64,000 nucleotides of DNA from Gammaproteobacteria bacterium (GCA_965221695.1 OZ244905.1:3475061-3539060); one strand, 5' to 3'. Counted from the first letter of the stretch, positions 40,220 to 49,496 are shown. The notes: generated from the sequence alone by a model not told the origin. Program-made: numbers and translations.

Positions 40220-42745
40220 TCATGCGCACTCCGCGCCAACAGGTTTGGATACGATCGCCTGCGCGCGATCGTTTTCCAGATGAAGCCCACGGGTCAGGAA
40301 ACCGGGACGAAACAGGCTCCATACCACAGGGGCTGCAAAGAAACTGAGCAGGAACGTGGTAAGCAGTATCAGCGCCATGCTGAAACCGACATAACCGACA
40401 TAAAGCGGAACGATGGATACCGCCAGACACCCGGTAAACAACGCGCTAAATGAAAAAATCAAAGGCTCTCGAACCAGTGTAAAACCATCAAACAGAGCCC
40501 GTTTGAAATTTCCGTCTTTCACGAATTCTTCACGAAAGCGATACAGGAGATACACTTCGGCATCAATGCCAACACCGCTTGCGATAGCCAACGCGGCGGT
40601 CACATTGGAATTGAATTCGATACCGATCAGGTGGATCAAAAACATCCATATTAGGATGCCAATCGCGAGTGGGAACATCAGCAGCAAGGGCGCGACGACA
40701 GAGCGCAGCATCAGCGCTGCAGCGATAAATGAAGCCAGAGCGCTCAACAATGTAGCCAGTACCATCCATTTTTTGATTGAGCGATTAAACGCGTCGGCAA
40801 TGCCGACATTGCCGGCTGCCAGTTTCAATTCGACATTCAGTTCATCGGTGTCCCAGTTGGCCGCGACATACTCATTTGCCCGGTCCAGCAGTAAGGCCAC
40901 AGTTTCCGGGCTGGTATCCCGCACAAACGCGATGATTGCCGTGTTCTGGTAGTCCGGGTCGACCACGAAATCAAACGCGCCCGGCAATCCTCCGGTGAGG
41001 AAGTAGATGGCTTCGTTAACTGCCATCTGCGCTCGCCCTTCGGTCGGAACCCTGAATGCCTCGTCACGATCTTCATTCAGGAAACGGTTCATGATCTTGA
41101 TATAAAACGGCAGTCCGATCACTGCCGACACCTGTTCTGTCTGCCCCAGATAGCGGGAGAACTCATCCATTGCCACCAGCGCCTTCGGTGTTTTGACATC
41201 CCCGGGGTTTTTACCTTGGGCAAGAATTGCAAGGGTGTAAACGCCGCCGAACAAGCGGGTGATCTCCTGTTCCATCTCGTAAAGCTGATTCCCTTCCCAG
41301 GATCTGGTCAGATAGTTGTGCACAGCGTAGGTGTTGTTCTGGCCCGTGCTGATCTCTGATGCGAGAAAACGGCCGACTGCAGTGTCCTTGGCCACAGGTA
41401 TCGACATCCAGACGCTGAGCGAGATAAGCAGCAACAACCCTGAGCCGCAGAGCACGGCCCATTGCGCGGAACGGTTGTAGATCAAGGGTCGCACTATCAC
41501 CGCTGTGGTGCGATAGATAAAGCCGCGCTGTGTTCTGCGACCGGTTTGGGCGTAAATCATTGCTTCGCGCAGACTCGACGCAGGCATATAGGAAAGCAGC
41601 GCCACGAGAAATGTCGGCACGATGACAATGATCGCCAACAGCCCGAAGGCAGTGACCTGTCCCAGTACTCGGACATTGTCAAAAGGCACAAACGATAATA
41701 CGACAAATGCCATCAGGTCGGTGCACAGCACAACGATCAGGGGACGGGTCATGTGGATCAGTGTTCGTTCCAACGCCGCCGACACCGGACGATCTTCGCT
41801 CAATTCATCGGTTAAAAGGCGCTTGATAAACAATACACTGTGCGATGCAGCAACTGCCAGTATGATGAAAGGCGCAATCAGCGCCGCCGATGAGGTCAGC
41901 ACATCGCCTTCAAACAGACGCTGAAATGCAAACGCCCAGATTGAGGCCATCACACCTACTAAAAGTGGCGGAACAACGCCAACGACTGACCTGAAAGCAA
42001 AGATCAATACGATTGCAATGACAGCCACTACCAGCACGAACGCGCCCAGGATATAGGGCAGGCCATCACTGTTGACCCAGCCGATGAGAATGGGCGAACC
42101 GGCTGCGGTAACGACATGTGTCTCATCGTTTTCGGCGCCGATGATGTCCTGCACCGCCTTGTAAATGGCAATCGGGTCGGTAACCGGCAGGCTGAGACCC
42201 GCGCGCACATCCTGCAGCCCGGTTCTGAAGTCTGCTTGAATGATGACTGCAGACCAGTCTTTCGAGACTAAAGTTCCCTTCAGGGCAGCGTTATTCTCAA
42301 TCCCGAAGCGCACTCGAGCAAGTTCTTGCGCGGTCTCCGGCGCGCGATTCGGGTTTTCAAAAAGAATGCTTGCGTCAAGCAGATCCGCAGTGCCTTTCAG
42401 GTAGCGCGAATTAATGGTGGAAAGCGAGCGCACCGCATAAGGAATGACGCCATGCACTTCCTGGAGCCGGTCGGTAATTCTCTTTACCTTCGCTAGTGTT
42501 TCTGCTTGCACAATGCTTGCGCCGTCTTTGCGCGAAATCATGATGGTTACCATGTTCGCGCCGCCAAACTTGCGTTGCAGGGTATCGTTGAGCGCGACAG
42601 AGGGGTCGTCTTCGGGTGGCCAGCGGTTCGGATCATCGTAAATCTTCAGGCCCAATGCAAAATACGCGGCGCCGGCTGTGACAACCAGTGTCGCGGCAAA
42701 TAGCATGGCCCGATAGCGAACCAGGAAGGCAGACAGACGCTCCAT
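40220..42745 (-). CDS. RND/MMPL-family transporter
   Basis: Two repeats of large periplasmic loop plus TM bundle; GVGIDAEVYLLYRFREE. Confidence 0.88.
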   Translation of the reverse strand: MERLSAFLVRYRAMLFAATLVVTAGAAYFALGLKIYDDPNRWPPEDDPSVALNDTLQRKFGGANMVTIMISRKDGASIVQAETLAKVKRITDRLQEVHGVIPYAVRSLSTINSRYLKGTADLLDASILFENPNRAPETAQELARVRFGIENNAALKGTLVSKDWSAVIIQADFRTGLQDVRAGLSLPVTDPIAIYKAVQDIIGAENDETHVVTAAGSPILIGWVNSDGLPYILGAFVLVVAVIAIVLIFAFRSVVGVVPPLLVGVMASIWAFAFQRLFEGDVLTSSAALIAPFIILAVAASHSVLFIKRLLTDELSEDRPVSAALERTLIHMTRPLIVVLCTDLMAFVVLSFVPFDNVRVLGQVTAFGLLAIIVIVPTFLVALLSYMPASSLREAMIYAQTGRRTQRGFIYRTTAVIVRPLIYNRSAQWAVLCGSGLLLLISLSVWMSIPVAKDTAVGRFLASEISTGQNNTYAVHNYLTRSWEGNQLYEMEQEITRLFGGVYTLAILAQGKNPGDVKTPKALVAMDEFSRYLGQTEQVSAVIGLPFYIKIMNRFLNEDRDEAFRVPTEGRAQMAVNEAIYFLTGGLPGAFDFVVDPDYQNTAIIAFVRDTSPETVALLLDRANEYVAANWDTDELNVELKLAAGNVGIADAFNRSIKKWMVLATLLSALASFIAAALMLRSVVAPLLLMFPLAIGILIWMFLIHLIGIEFNSNVTAALAIASGVGIDAEVYLLYRFREEFVKDGNFKRALFDGFTLVREPLIFSFSALFTGCLAVSIVPLYVGYVGFSMALILLTTFLLSFFAAPVVWSLFRPGFLTRGLHLENDRAQAIVSKPVGAECA

Positions 42746-42779
42746 ATTATCCCCTCAGTCTCGGACGATAATCTATCGG

Positions 42780-43973
42780 CTATTCCCAGAACAGTATTTT
42801 ACGAACCGGTTCCTTGCTGAGGTTGTCGAGACTCACGATGTCTCGAGGCATTCTGTCGTAGTTGATCCAGAACGTGTTCATGTACCAGTCCATACGAAAG
42901 CCGCTTTTCGGCTCATAAAAGTACTCCCCCGCCCAGATCATCTGCCAATCTTCGAGCTGGTCATTGGCATTTTGCAGACGCGGGTCAGAGGTTGCTACCG
43001 CGCGCCGATTAACCCGCTGGCGTATCAGTTCCCCCTTTGAATCGAATACCTCTTCATACCAACTGCTACCGGTCTTTATGCCGATGATACGACGCTGTTT
43101 GGCGTACCAGTACGACTCTGAGTGCGGGGTTATTTCCAAAATGTATGAGGGTTCGCAGACACCATCCAGTCCTACATTTATCTGTTCGCCCTTGGTCTCT
43201 GTGGTAAAGCCCATGGTTCCCTCAGCTTGACCGGCATACAGTGTATGGCCGACCACCTTGTAATCGATGTCGGGAAAGGGTTTCACCTGGGGAAAGTCTT
43301 CCCAACGTACGATAGTGCCGGGAATCACGTCTTGGCGCGCAGCCTGCGGCAGACGGCGCACGCGCCGTGCGGCCGGCGTGTAGAGGAATTCATCGTTGAA
43401 CTTTTCGCCGTAGTAGATTGTTGTCGAAATGCCCAGCCCGCGAAAATCATTGGGCGCTACAAAGGTAAACATGTATTGCGCGCGCACCTTGTCGATCAGG
43501 CTTTTAGGCAGGCCATCCTGGTTTTGCCGGTAAGCTATCATCCATTCGAACAGGCGTTTGTCGCGCAAGGTGCCGTTCGGAGAAATGAGGTCAATAGTCC
43601 ACTCGGTGATGTAATTATCGCCAAACTCATTAAAATAAAGCGCGGTATAGGAACGGTCATGGACTTCGCGTCCATCATGTTTGACGCGTTCGGCAACCGG
43701 TTTTTCCCAGGGGTAGGGCAGTCCCGGTTGGACCCAGCGGTCGTAAATTGCGGGGCCGATCGCCTTGTAGTCAACATTATGCCAAGGCTGTGGCTTCCAG
43801 TTGACAGTCTCATCGCCCCATTTGCAGGTGTAGGTTCCGGGTTCGGCGCCTGGCGCAATGGAATATTCCTTGTCCAGGATCATTTCTGCGCCGACCGACC
43901 CTGAGGAAATGAAAAATGACAGAGGCAACAGGATGGTTAAGAAGGTGGATACAACGCGGTTCATTGATTTCAT
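42780..43973 (-). CDS. Periplasmic DUF1329/LolA-like protein
   Basis: Signal peptide; APNDFRG and YTPAARRVRRL motifs. Confidence 0.72.
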   Translation of the reverse strand: MKSMNRVVSTFLTILLPLSFFISSGSVGAEMILDKEYSIAPGAEPGTYTCKWGDETVNWKPQPWHNVDYKAIGPAIYDRWVQPGLPYPWEKPVAERVKHDGREVHDRSYTALYFNEFGDNYITEWTIDLISPNGTLRDKRLFEWMIAYRQNQDGLPKSLIDKVRAQYMFTFVAPNDFRGLGISTTIYYGEKFNDEFLYTPAARRVRRLPQAARQDVIPGTIVRWEDFPQVKPFPDIDYKVVGHTLYAGQAEGTMGFTTETKGEQINVGLDGVCEPSYILEITPHSESYWYAKQRRIIGIKTGSSWYEEVFDSKGELIRQRVNRRAVATSDPRLQNANDQLEDWQMIWAGEYFYEPKSGFRMDWYMNTFWINYDRMPRDIVSLDNLSKEPVRKILFWE

Positions 43974-44099
43974 GAGATAGCCTCCAGGATTAAAACAAAA
44001 AACTTCACCGGAATACCGGTTTGTTCACACGCCAGTCAACTATTGGGCCAGGCCCAACCGAATACTTCGCTGAGCATAGCCTATGGTTTGATTTACTCA

Positions 44100-44113
44100 T
44101 AGAATCGTTTCTA
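44100..44113. promoter_or_regulatory. LacI-type operator 1
   Basis: TAGAATCGTTTCTA, 13/14 match to palindrome TAGAAACGTTTCTA. Confidence 0.75.
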
Positions 44114-44124
44114 TTTTCTGTTCA

Positions 44125-44138
44125 TTGTAACGTTTCTA
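44125..44138. promoter_or_regulatory. LacI-type operator 2
   Basis: TTGTAACGTTTCTA (reverse complement TAGAAACGTTACAA). Confidence 0.7.
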
Positions 44139-44168
44139 TTTATTATATGTTTCGATTTTGATTATAGC

Positions 44169-45203
44169 TTACATTCGAGAACAGTTTGGCGCGGCGCTGG
44201 ATTCCCGCAGCACCAGTTCAACGGGATGAGGGCGTAGCAGTTCCGGCTTTTGCTGGCACTGGGTCATGGCAATAAGCAGTTTCGCTGCGCTCATACCCAT
44301 TTCGTAAGCTGGCTGACGCACTGTGGTTAATCGGGGAGTCAGCAATTGCGCCGTGGGGATATCGTCAAAGCCGACTATACTCACCTCACCCGGCACGTGG
44401 ATGCTATTCGACCTGCAGTACTCCAGCGCGCCGATGGCCATCAGATCATTAGCGCACAACAACGCGCTTGGACGCTGGTTTTTCGGCGAATTAAGGAACG
44501 ATTCTGCCAACTGGTAGCCTGAATCCATCTGGTAATCGCCCTCCCGAATACCCATTTCATCGGGATTAATGCCACCCATCGCCAGCCCTTCACGGTAACC
44601 GGCAAGACGCTGTTCCGAGGTCCAGTGCGAGCCAGGTCCTGCGACACAGGCAAATCGTTTATGGCCCAGTTCCACCAGGTGGGAAGCTATCTCCCTCGCG
44701 CCGCGACGGCCGTCAGCAACTACGGTCGGCAGGTCCAGGCCGGGAAACCGCTCATCTACCAGGACCACCGGTCCGATTGACTGTAACTTGAGCAGAGACA
44801 GGGGCGATTCCTGGAAACCACTTTCATATATGACGCCATTCACCCGTTTGCTGCGCAGCAGTCGTTCATTTCCGAATTCCGCTTCTTCGGTGTTCTCAGC
44901 GCTACAGAGCACGACGAGCACATCATGCATTGCCGCGGCTTTTACGACCCCGCGGGCAAGCAGGCTGAAAAACTGGTTCACCAGGTCGGGGACGACCAGG
45001 CCGATTGTTGATGCCTGTTGCCGTTTCAGGTTACGGGCGGATTCGTTGGGAATATAATCCAAGGCCCGGATAGCATTCAAAACCCGTCTTCTGCGCGCCT
45101 CGCTTACCTGCCCTCTGTTGTTCAGCACGTAACTGACAGTGCTGACTGAGACTTGCGCTTGTTCAGCCACATCCTTCATCGTCGGGTTATGGTTTTGCTT
45201 CAT
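44169..45203 (-). CDS. LacI-family transcriptional regulator
   Basis: TMKDVAEQAQVSVSTVSYVLN HTH; YIPNESARNL hinge; NDLMAIG and GFDD motifs. Confidence 0.95.
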   Translation of the reverse strand: MKQNHNPTMKDVAEQAQVSVSTVSYVLNNRGQVSEARRRRVLNAIRALDYIPNESARNLKRQQASTIGLVVPDLVNQFFSLLARGVVKAAAMHDVLVVLCSAENTEEAEFGNERLLRSKRVNGVIYESGFQESPLSLLKLQSIGPVVLVDERFPGLDLPTVVADGRRGAREIASHLVELGHKRFACVAGPGSHWTSEQRLAGYREGLAMGGINPDEMGIREGDYQMDSGYQLAESFLNSPKNQRPSALLCANDLMAIGALEYCRSNSIHVPGEVSIVGFDDIPTAQLLTPRLTTVRQPAYEMGMSAAKLLIAMTQCQQKPELLRPHPVELVLRESSAAPNCSRM

Positions 45204-45982
45204 ATGTGGTCGGCGCTCCCGCCAGCGGCCCAGGACACGATGGAAGCCCAGAGCTCTGCATAATGGGGCCAGTTCATGAACTCATTTGGAGCCCAGTGCG
45301 GCGCCACATCGGATGCGAAGGCCACGCTTCGGCCACGGCCTGCCTTGCCTGCCACAAGCAGTGGGTCGTCACCGTATGCGGCAATCACGGTGGCGCCAGG
45401 TTTTGCCTTCAGCTTGTTATAGCCGAGCAGGATTGGCCAATCGGCAGGCGTTTTTCCCAACGCAGGATGATCCGGAGTTGGAAATGTCGCTTGCAATCCC
45501 TCAGGGACTTCCACTCTGTCGTCGTGGTTCAGCATGGTAACGGGAAGGACCGAAGCCAGGGGGCTGGACTGGTAACGCGCGCGACCATCTATACCCGAGA
45601 AAGACATGTAACCCCCGACCATAAGCAGACCGCCGCCCTCCCTGACATAATCTGCCAGCAAAACCAGGCGATTTGTAGTGCGTTCTGAGCGCAGGAAGGT
45701 TTCATCGCAGAGCAGGAAGGAATTGGAACCTATATCGCTCAAGATGACCACATCGAAGCTTGCGATATCCTGTTTTGCAACAGGAAAGCGTCCGGAGACT
45801 TCGTGCGCCCTAATGTAGGTGACACTAAAACCGGCATTTTCCAGAGCCGAAAGAAAAACACCGGCGCCTTCCTCGTATTCGGTTGTATGAAACTGGTCGA
45901 ATCCTTTCATATGCACAGTATGTTTAACCCAGGATTCGCCAACTACCAATACACTGAGCGAAGAACTGGTCACTGAGTTCAT
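45200..45982 (-). CDS. Class I glutamine amidotransferase-like protein (DUF1355-like)
   Basis: VGESW, KGFDQF, LSDIGSNSFL, MVGGYMSFSG and SDVAPHW motifs. Confidence 0.85.
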   Translation of the reverse strand: MNSVTSSSLSVLVVGESWVKHTVHMKGFDQFHTTEYEEGAGVFLSALENAGFSVTYIRAHEVSGRFPVAKQDIASFDVVILSDIGSNSFLLCDETFLRSERTTNRLVLLADYVREGGGLLMVGGYMSFSGIDGRARYQSSPLASVLPVTMLNHDDRVEVPEGLQATFPTPDHPALGKTPADWPILLGYNKLKAKPGATVIAAYGDDPLLVAGKAGRGRSVAFASDVAPHWAPNEFMNWPHYAELWASIVSWAAGGSADHI

Positions 45983-46040
45983 GTCGAATAGGCCTCTACT
46001 GGTAATTCAATCTGATATTGTTTGCTGGCTTAAGTATTAA

Positions 46041-46562
46041 TCAAAGCAGCCGGTCGGTTACGGATTCGGGCAGTTCCCGGGCTTCCGGGACCTGTGGGAG
46101 AGCGATCTCGCGCATATCCCAGCCTATCATCTTATCTGCAATTAATTCAAAGACCCGTTTGCCGGTAGCAGCGCGATATTTGAAATAGCTCTCGGCGTAG
46201 GGATGACCGACATAAAAGTATTTTTCAAATATCAGCGCATCGACCTGTTGCAACAGGTCGGGGTCGGTAACCTGCTTTATGGAGCCATGTATGCGCACGC
46301 CGTGAACGGTGGCATACTCGTCACCGGAATCGACCAGCGCCGTCAGAGCGCTACCTGCCTCGACATTGTCGGCGTGTCGTCCAGCCGCATCGACGGGCAG
46401 AAAAATCCGTTTTTCATGCACCACATAGTACAGTGGCGACATATGGATTGAACCGTCACTGTTTGTTGTGGCGATGCGTATATTTTGTTGCCGGGCAAGA
46501 TAGGCCCAGCGTTTATCTCCGCGCAGGGGCAGGAATGTGCTGGCTGTAGGTTCCTGGCTCAT
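46041..46562 (-). CDS. Pyridoxamine-5'-phosphate-oxidase-like split-barrel flavin/F420-binding protein
   Basis: IATTNSDGSIHMSPLYY, LVDSGDEY..VHGVRIHG and GWD motifs; start MSQEP with RBS GGAGG. Confidence 0.8.
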   Translation of the reverse strand: MSQEPTASTFLPLRGDKRWAYLARQQNIRIATTNSDGSIHMSPLYYVVHEKRIFLPVDAAGRHADNVEAGSALTALVDSGDEYATVHGVRIHGSIKQVTDPDLLQQVDALIFEKYFYVGHPYAESYFKYRAATGKRVFELIADKMIGWDMREIALPQVPEARELPESVTDRLL

Positions 46563-46563
46563 T

Positions 46564-47028
46564 TTACTTTCCTCCGTTGCGCAGGGATTTGAGTTGTTCG
46601 CTGAATTCCGGCGCTTCAACAAGACCGTAGCGAGGCGATGGGCCGCTGGTCCAGAAAAACACGGTTTTCACGCCGGTTGCTTCTAACGTGTATTTATATC
46701 CTCCAGGCAAATAGATGTGCTCGCCGACACCCGCTTCAAGGTATATCACACGACCTGCAGCGTCTTCGACCTTCAGCCGGATTTTTCCCTCCAGACAATA
46801 GTGGGTTTCATCAAAATTGGTCTGGTCCCAGTGATAATCGTCATGGTCGGGTTCCTGGTAGCAATACCCGTGGCGAAAATGGCGCGCGTCGTCACGTTCC
46901 TGGGAGATAAAAATATTGGTGCCGATACCTTTCGCAAAAGGCAACCTGGGCATGGCATGGATTTCTTCCGGGTTGATGACGCGGGGGTATCTCATTGAGC
47001 CATCGTCATAGAGGCTGTAGTCAGTCAT
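46564..47028 (-). CDS. Cupin-fold protein (EutQ/DUF861-like)
   Basis: DETHYCLEGKIRL and GEHIYLPGG cupin motifs; RBS GGGAGG. Confidence 0.7.
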   Translation of the reverse strand: MTDYSLYDDGSMRYPRVINPEEIHAMPRLPFAKGIGTNIFISQERDDARHFRHGYCYQEPDHDDYHWDQTNFDETHYCLEGKIRLKVEDAAGRVIYLEAGVGEHIYLPGGYKYTLEATGVKTVFFWTSGPSPRYGLVEAPEFSEQLKSLRNGGK

Positions 47029-47054
47029 AATGGATTTCCTCCCTTTGCGGGTAA

Positions 47055-47068
47055 AAGAATCGTTTCTT
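47055..47068. promoter_or_regulatory. LacI-type operator 3 upstream of the cupin operon
   Basis: AAGAATCGTTTCTT. Confidence 0.7.
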
Positions 47069-47223
47069 GTCGTTTATATCCTAATCGGACGCAGTATTTC
47101 ATCAAAGCAGAAATGTTGTTGCGGATAGCAACCGGATCCAATATATACACTAGACCAGGGAGGTATTTCCGTCAAGCGGAAATTTCTAATATTGAATTTG
47201 TGTCACAGTGAACAGCGGTATGG

Positions 47224-47252
47224 TTGACCAGCAAAATTAGAAACGTTACTAT
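47224..47252 (+). promoter_or_regulatory. Sigma70 promoter overlapped by LacI-type operator 4
   Basis: TTGACC-N17-TACTAT with TAGAAACGTTACTA at 47238-47251. Confidence 0.78.
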
Positions 47253-47290
47253 TTCCAAAAAAGCTTACCTAACATTGCAAGGGGATAGAA

Positions 47291-48733
47291 ATGGGCTTTC
47301 ATCACAACATTATCATTGACGTTGACAACTATAAACATTGTCATTATTCGCTCTATCCGCCCGGCACGGAATATGTATCGAGCTATATTGAATCCCGGGG
47401 GGGACTGCTTCCATCAACGATGTTTGTCGGCTTGCAGGCGTATTTGCGCGAATATCTTATGCGCCCTATCACCTTGGAAGATATCGACGAAGCAGAGTTT
47501 GTAGAACGTGAACAGGGCATGCATTTCAATCGTGATAACTGGCTGGGGATACTTAACGACCACGGCGGTTTTCTGCCGGTCGAGATTGAAGCAGTGCCTG
47601 AGGGCACGGTGTTGCCGCCGAAAAATGTGCTGGTACAGTTAATCAATACCGATCCGAAATATTACTGGGCAACCAGCTTTTTCGAAACGTCACTATTGCG
47701 TGCGGTCTGGTATCCCACCACAATCGGCAGTATCAGTTGGCTTAGCAAACAAATTATCCGGGATTCTCTGGAACATACTTCGGATAACCCGGGAGTTTTG
47801 CGCCATATGCTGCACGATTACGGCGCGCGCGGAGTGAGTTCGCAGCAGTCCGCCGCTCTGGGCGGTCTGGCCCATCTGGTCAATTTCAGCCAGAGTGATA
47901 CCTTGCCCGGGATTATCGCCGCGAAACGCTACTACAACGCCGGCCATGTCTCAAATTCAGGTCCGAATTCCGAACATGCCGGCTTCTGCGCTTGGGGTAG
48001 GGAGCACGAAGCCGCGGCGCTCAGCAATATGCTGGATATGTATGCGGATAATGGAGTCGCGTTGCTGCTTACCGATACCTATGACCATGAGAACTGTGTT
48101 AAGAATATCATCGGCAAGGAGTTGAAAGAGAAAATTCAGAATTTTCCAGGATTGGTCGGCGTGCGACCCGACTCCGGCGATGTGGTGCAGGTCACTTCCG
48201 ATACTACGGAGTGGCTCATGGAGGCGTTTGGCTACGAAGTCAATTCCAAAGGTTACAAGGTATTGCCTCCTTACCTCCGGGTGGTTCAGGGTGATGGGGT
48301 GAATTTCCCGGTTTTGCCGAAGATATTTATCGAACTGGAACGGCGCGGGTTTTCAGCCGAGAATGCAATCTATGGCATGGGTGGCGGATTGTTGCAACAC
48401 TTTCATCGAGATACTATGAATTTCGGGCAGAAGGCCAGCGCGGTCTGTGTCAATGGAGAATGGCGGGATATTTACAAGGCTCCGACCGGTTCTGATTTTA
48501 AGGTGTCCAAGAAAGGTCGGTTGGCGCTCAAATTTGAAAACGGCACGTACACTACCGTGCCGCGGGATTCCATTCCTCCGGAAGAAAACGTGTTGATTCC
48601 GGTCTTCAGAAATGGAAAGTTGTTGAAGAAATGGGATTTCACTGAGTTGATTGAGCGTAGCGAACGCGAATACCCAGAGTCATACTATCAGGATATTGTC
48701 AGGCCACTGCGTGAAGCTCGCAAAGCCGATTAA
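47291..48733 (+). CDS. Nicotinamide phosphoribosyltransferase (NAMPT/NadV)-like protein, divergent
   Basis: DNYK, VSSYIESRGG, WYPTT, HDYGARGVSS, SEH, VRPDSGD, QGDG, GMGGGLLQ and SKKGRL motifs. Confidence 0.88.
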   Translation: MGFHHNIIIDVDNYKHCHYSLYPPGTEYVSSYIESRGGLLPSTMFVGLQAYLREYLMRPITLEDIDEAEFVEREQGMHFNRDNWLGILNDHGGFLPVEIEAVPEGTVLPPKNVLVQLINTDPKYYWATSFFETSLLRAVWYPTTIGSISWLSKQIIRDSLEHTSDNPGVLRHMLHDYGARGVSSQQSAALGGLAHLVNFSQSDTLPGIIAAKRYYNAGHVSNSGPNSEHAGFCAWGREHEAAALSNMLDMYADNGVALLLTDTYDHENCVKNIIGKELKEKIQNFPGLVGVRPDSGDVVQVTSDTTEWLMEAFGYEVNSKGYKVLPPYLRVVQGDGVNFPVLPKIFIELERRGFSAENAIYGMGGGLLQHFHRDTMNFGQKASAVCVNGEWRDIYKAPTGSDFKVSKKGRLALKFENGTYTTVPRDSIPPEENVLIPVFRNGKLLKKWDFTELIERSEREYPESYYQDIVRPLREARKAD

Positions 48734-48801
48734 CCCGGCAATGATCTCCCGGGCTTGCCGGACTTAGCCCAAATACTCCTTGAGATCAGGGTATCAACCT
48801 G

Positions 48802-49452
48802 ATGACCTGTTTGCATGTTTTTGATATGGATGGCACTTTGCTCAAGGGTTCTGCCTGTTGGGAAATCTCACGTTGCGTTGGTGTTTTGGATGAAACCCTG
48901 GCCATTGAAGAGGTTTGGGCAAAAGGCGAGATTAGCGACAATGACTTCTGGATAAGATGTCTTCCATTGTGGGACGGCTTGACCGATAAGGTTATAGACC
49001 ATGCTTTTGCCAACAGCCCCTGGCTTGATGGTGTGGAGGCTGTTTTTGCTGATATTTGTGCGCGCAAAGAAAAAAGTGTCGTGATCTCACAGTCACCGTT
49101 GTTTTTTGTGGAGAGGCTGCAGCGGTGGGGGGTGGATTTTACCTACGGCGCGCGGGTGACCCCGGGAAATTCAGCGGGCGCAGACCAATTGGTGACCAGC
49201 AGAGATAAATTAGACATCGCGCGTCAATTACTGTCGGAGCTTCGTCTGAGTAGTGACAGTTGTATCGCCTATGGCGACTCCATGTCAGACTTTGACCTGT
49301 TCAGGTCTCTTCCCAATACCGTGGCAATTAACGCGAGAGAGAAAATTCGTGATCTGGCTCAAGTCTGTTATGACGGGTCGAACTTATGGAGTGGCTATTC
49401 CCTTGGACGAAAATTGCTTGAAAACCAGGCATCTGAAAATATTTCAATATGA
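48802..49452 (+). CDS. HAD-IB phosphatase (phosphoserine-phosphatase-like)
   Basis: FDMDGTL, ISQS and YGDSMSD motifs. Confidence 0.85.
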   Translation: MTCLHVFDMDGTLLKGSACWEISRCVGVLDETLAIEEVWAKGEISDNDFWIRCLPLWDGLTDKVIDHAFANSPWLDGVEAVFADICARKEKSVVISQSPLFFVERLQRWGVDFTYGARVTPGNSAGADQLVTSRDKLDIARQLLSELRLSSDSCIAYGDSMSDFDLFRSLPNTVAINAREKIRDLAQVCYDGSNLWSGYSLGRKLLENQASENISI

Positions 49453-49496
49453 ATGACGCAGTGGCGACGACAATGGGCGCCGCGACTTCAGGCTGA

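Noticed and set aside
47291-49452. NAD-reconstitution or anti-phage system built on NAMPT
   Set aside because: No NMN adenylyltransferase, PRPP-synthetase-like, sirtuin, TIR or phage genes nearby; the shared LacI operator points to metabolism.
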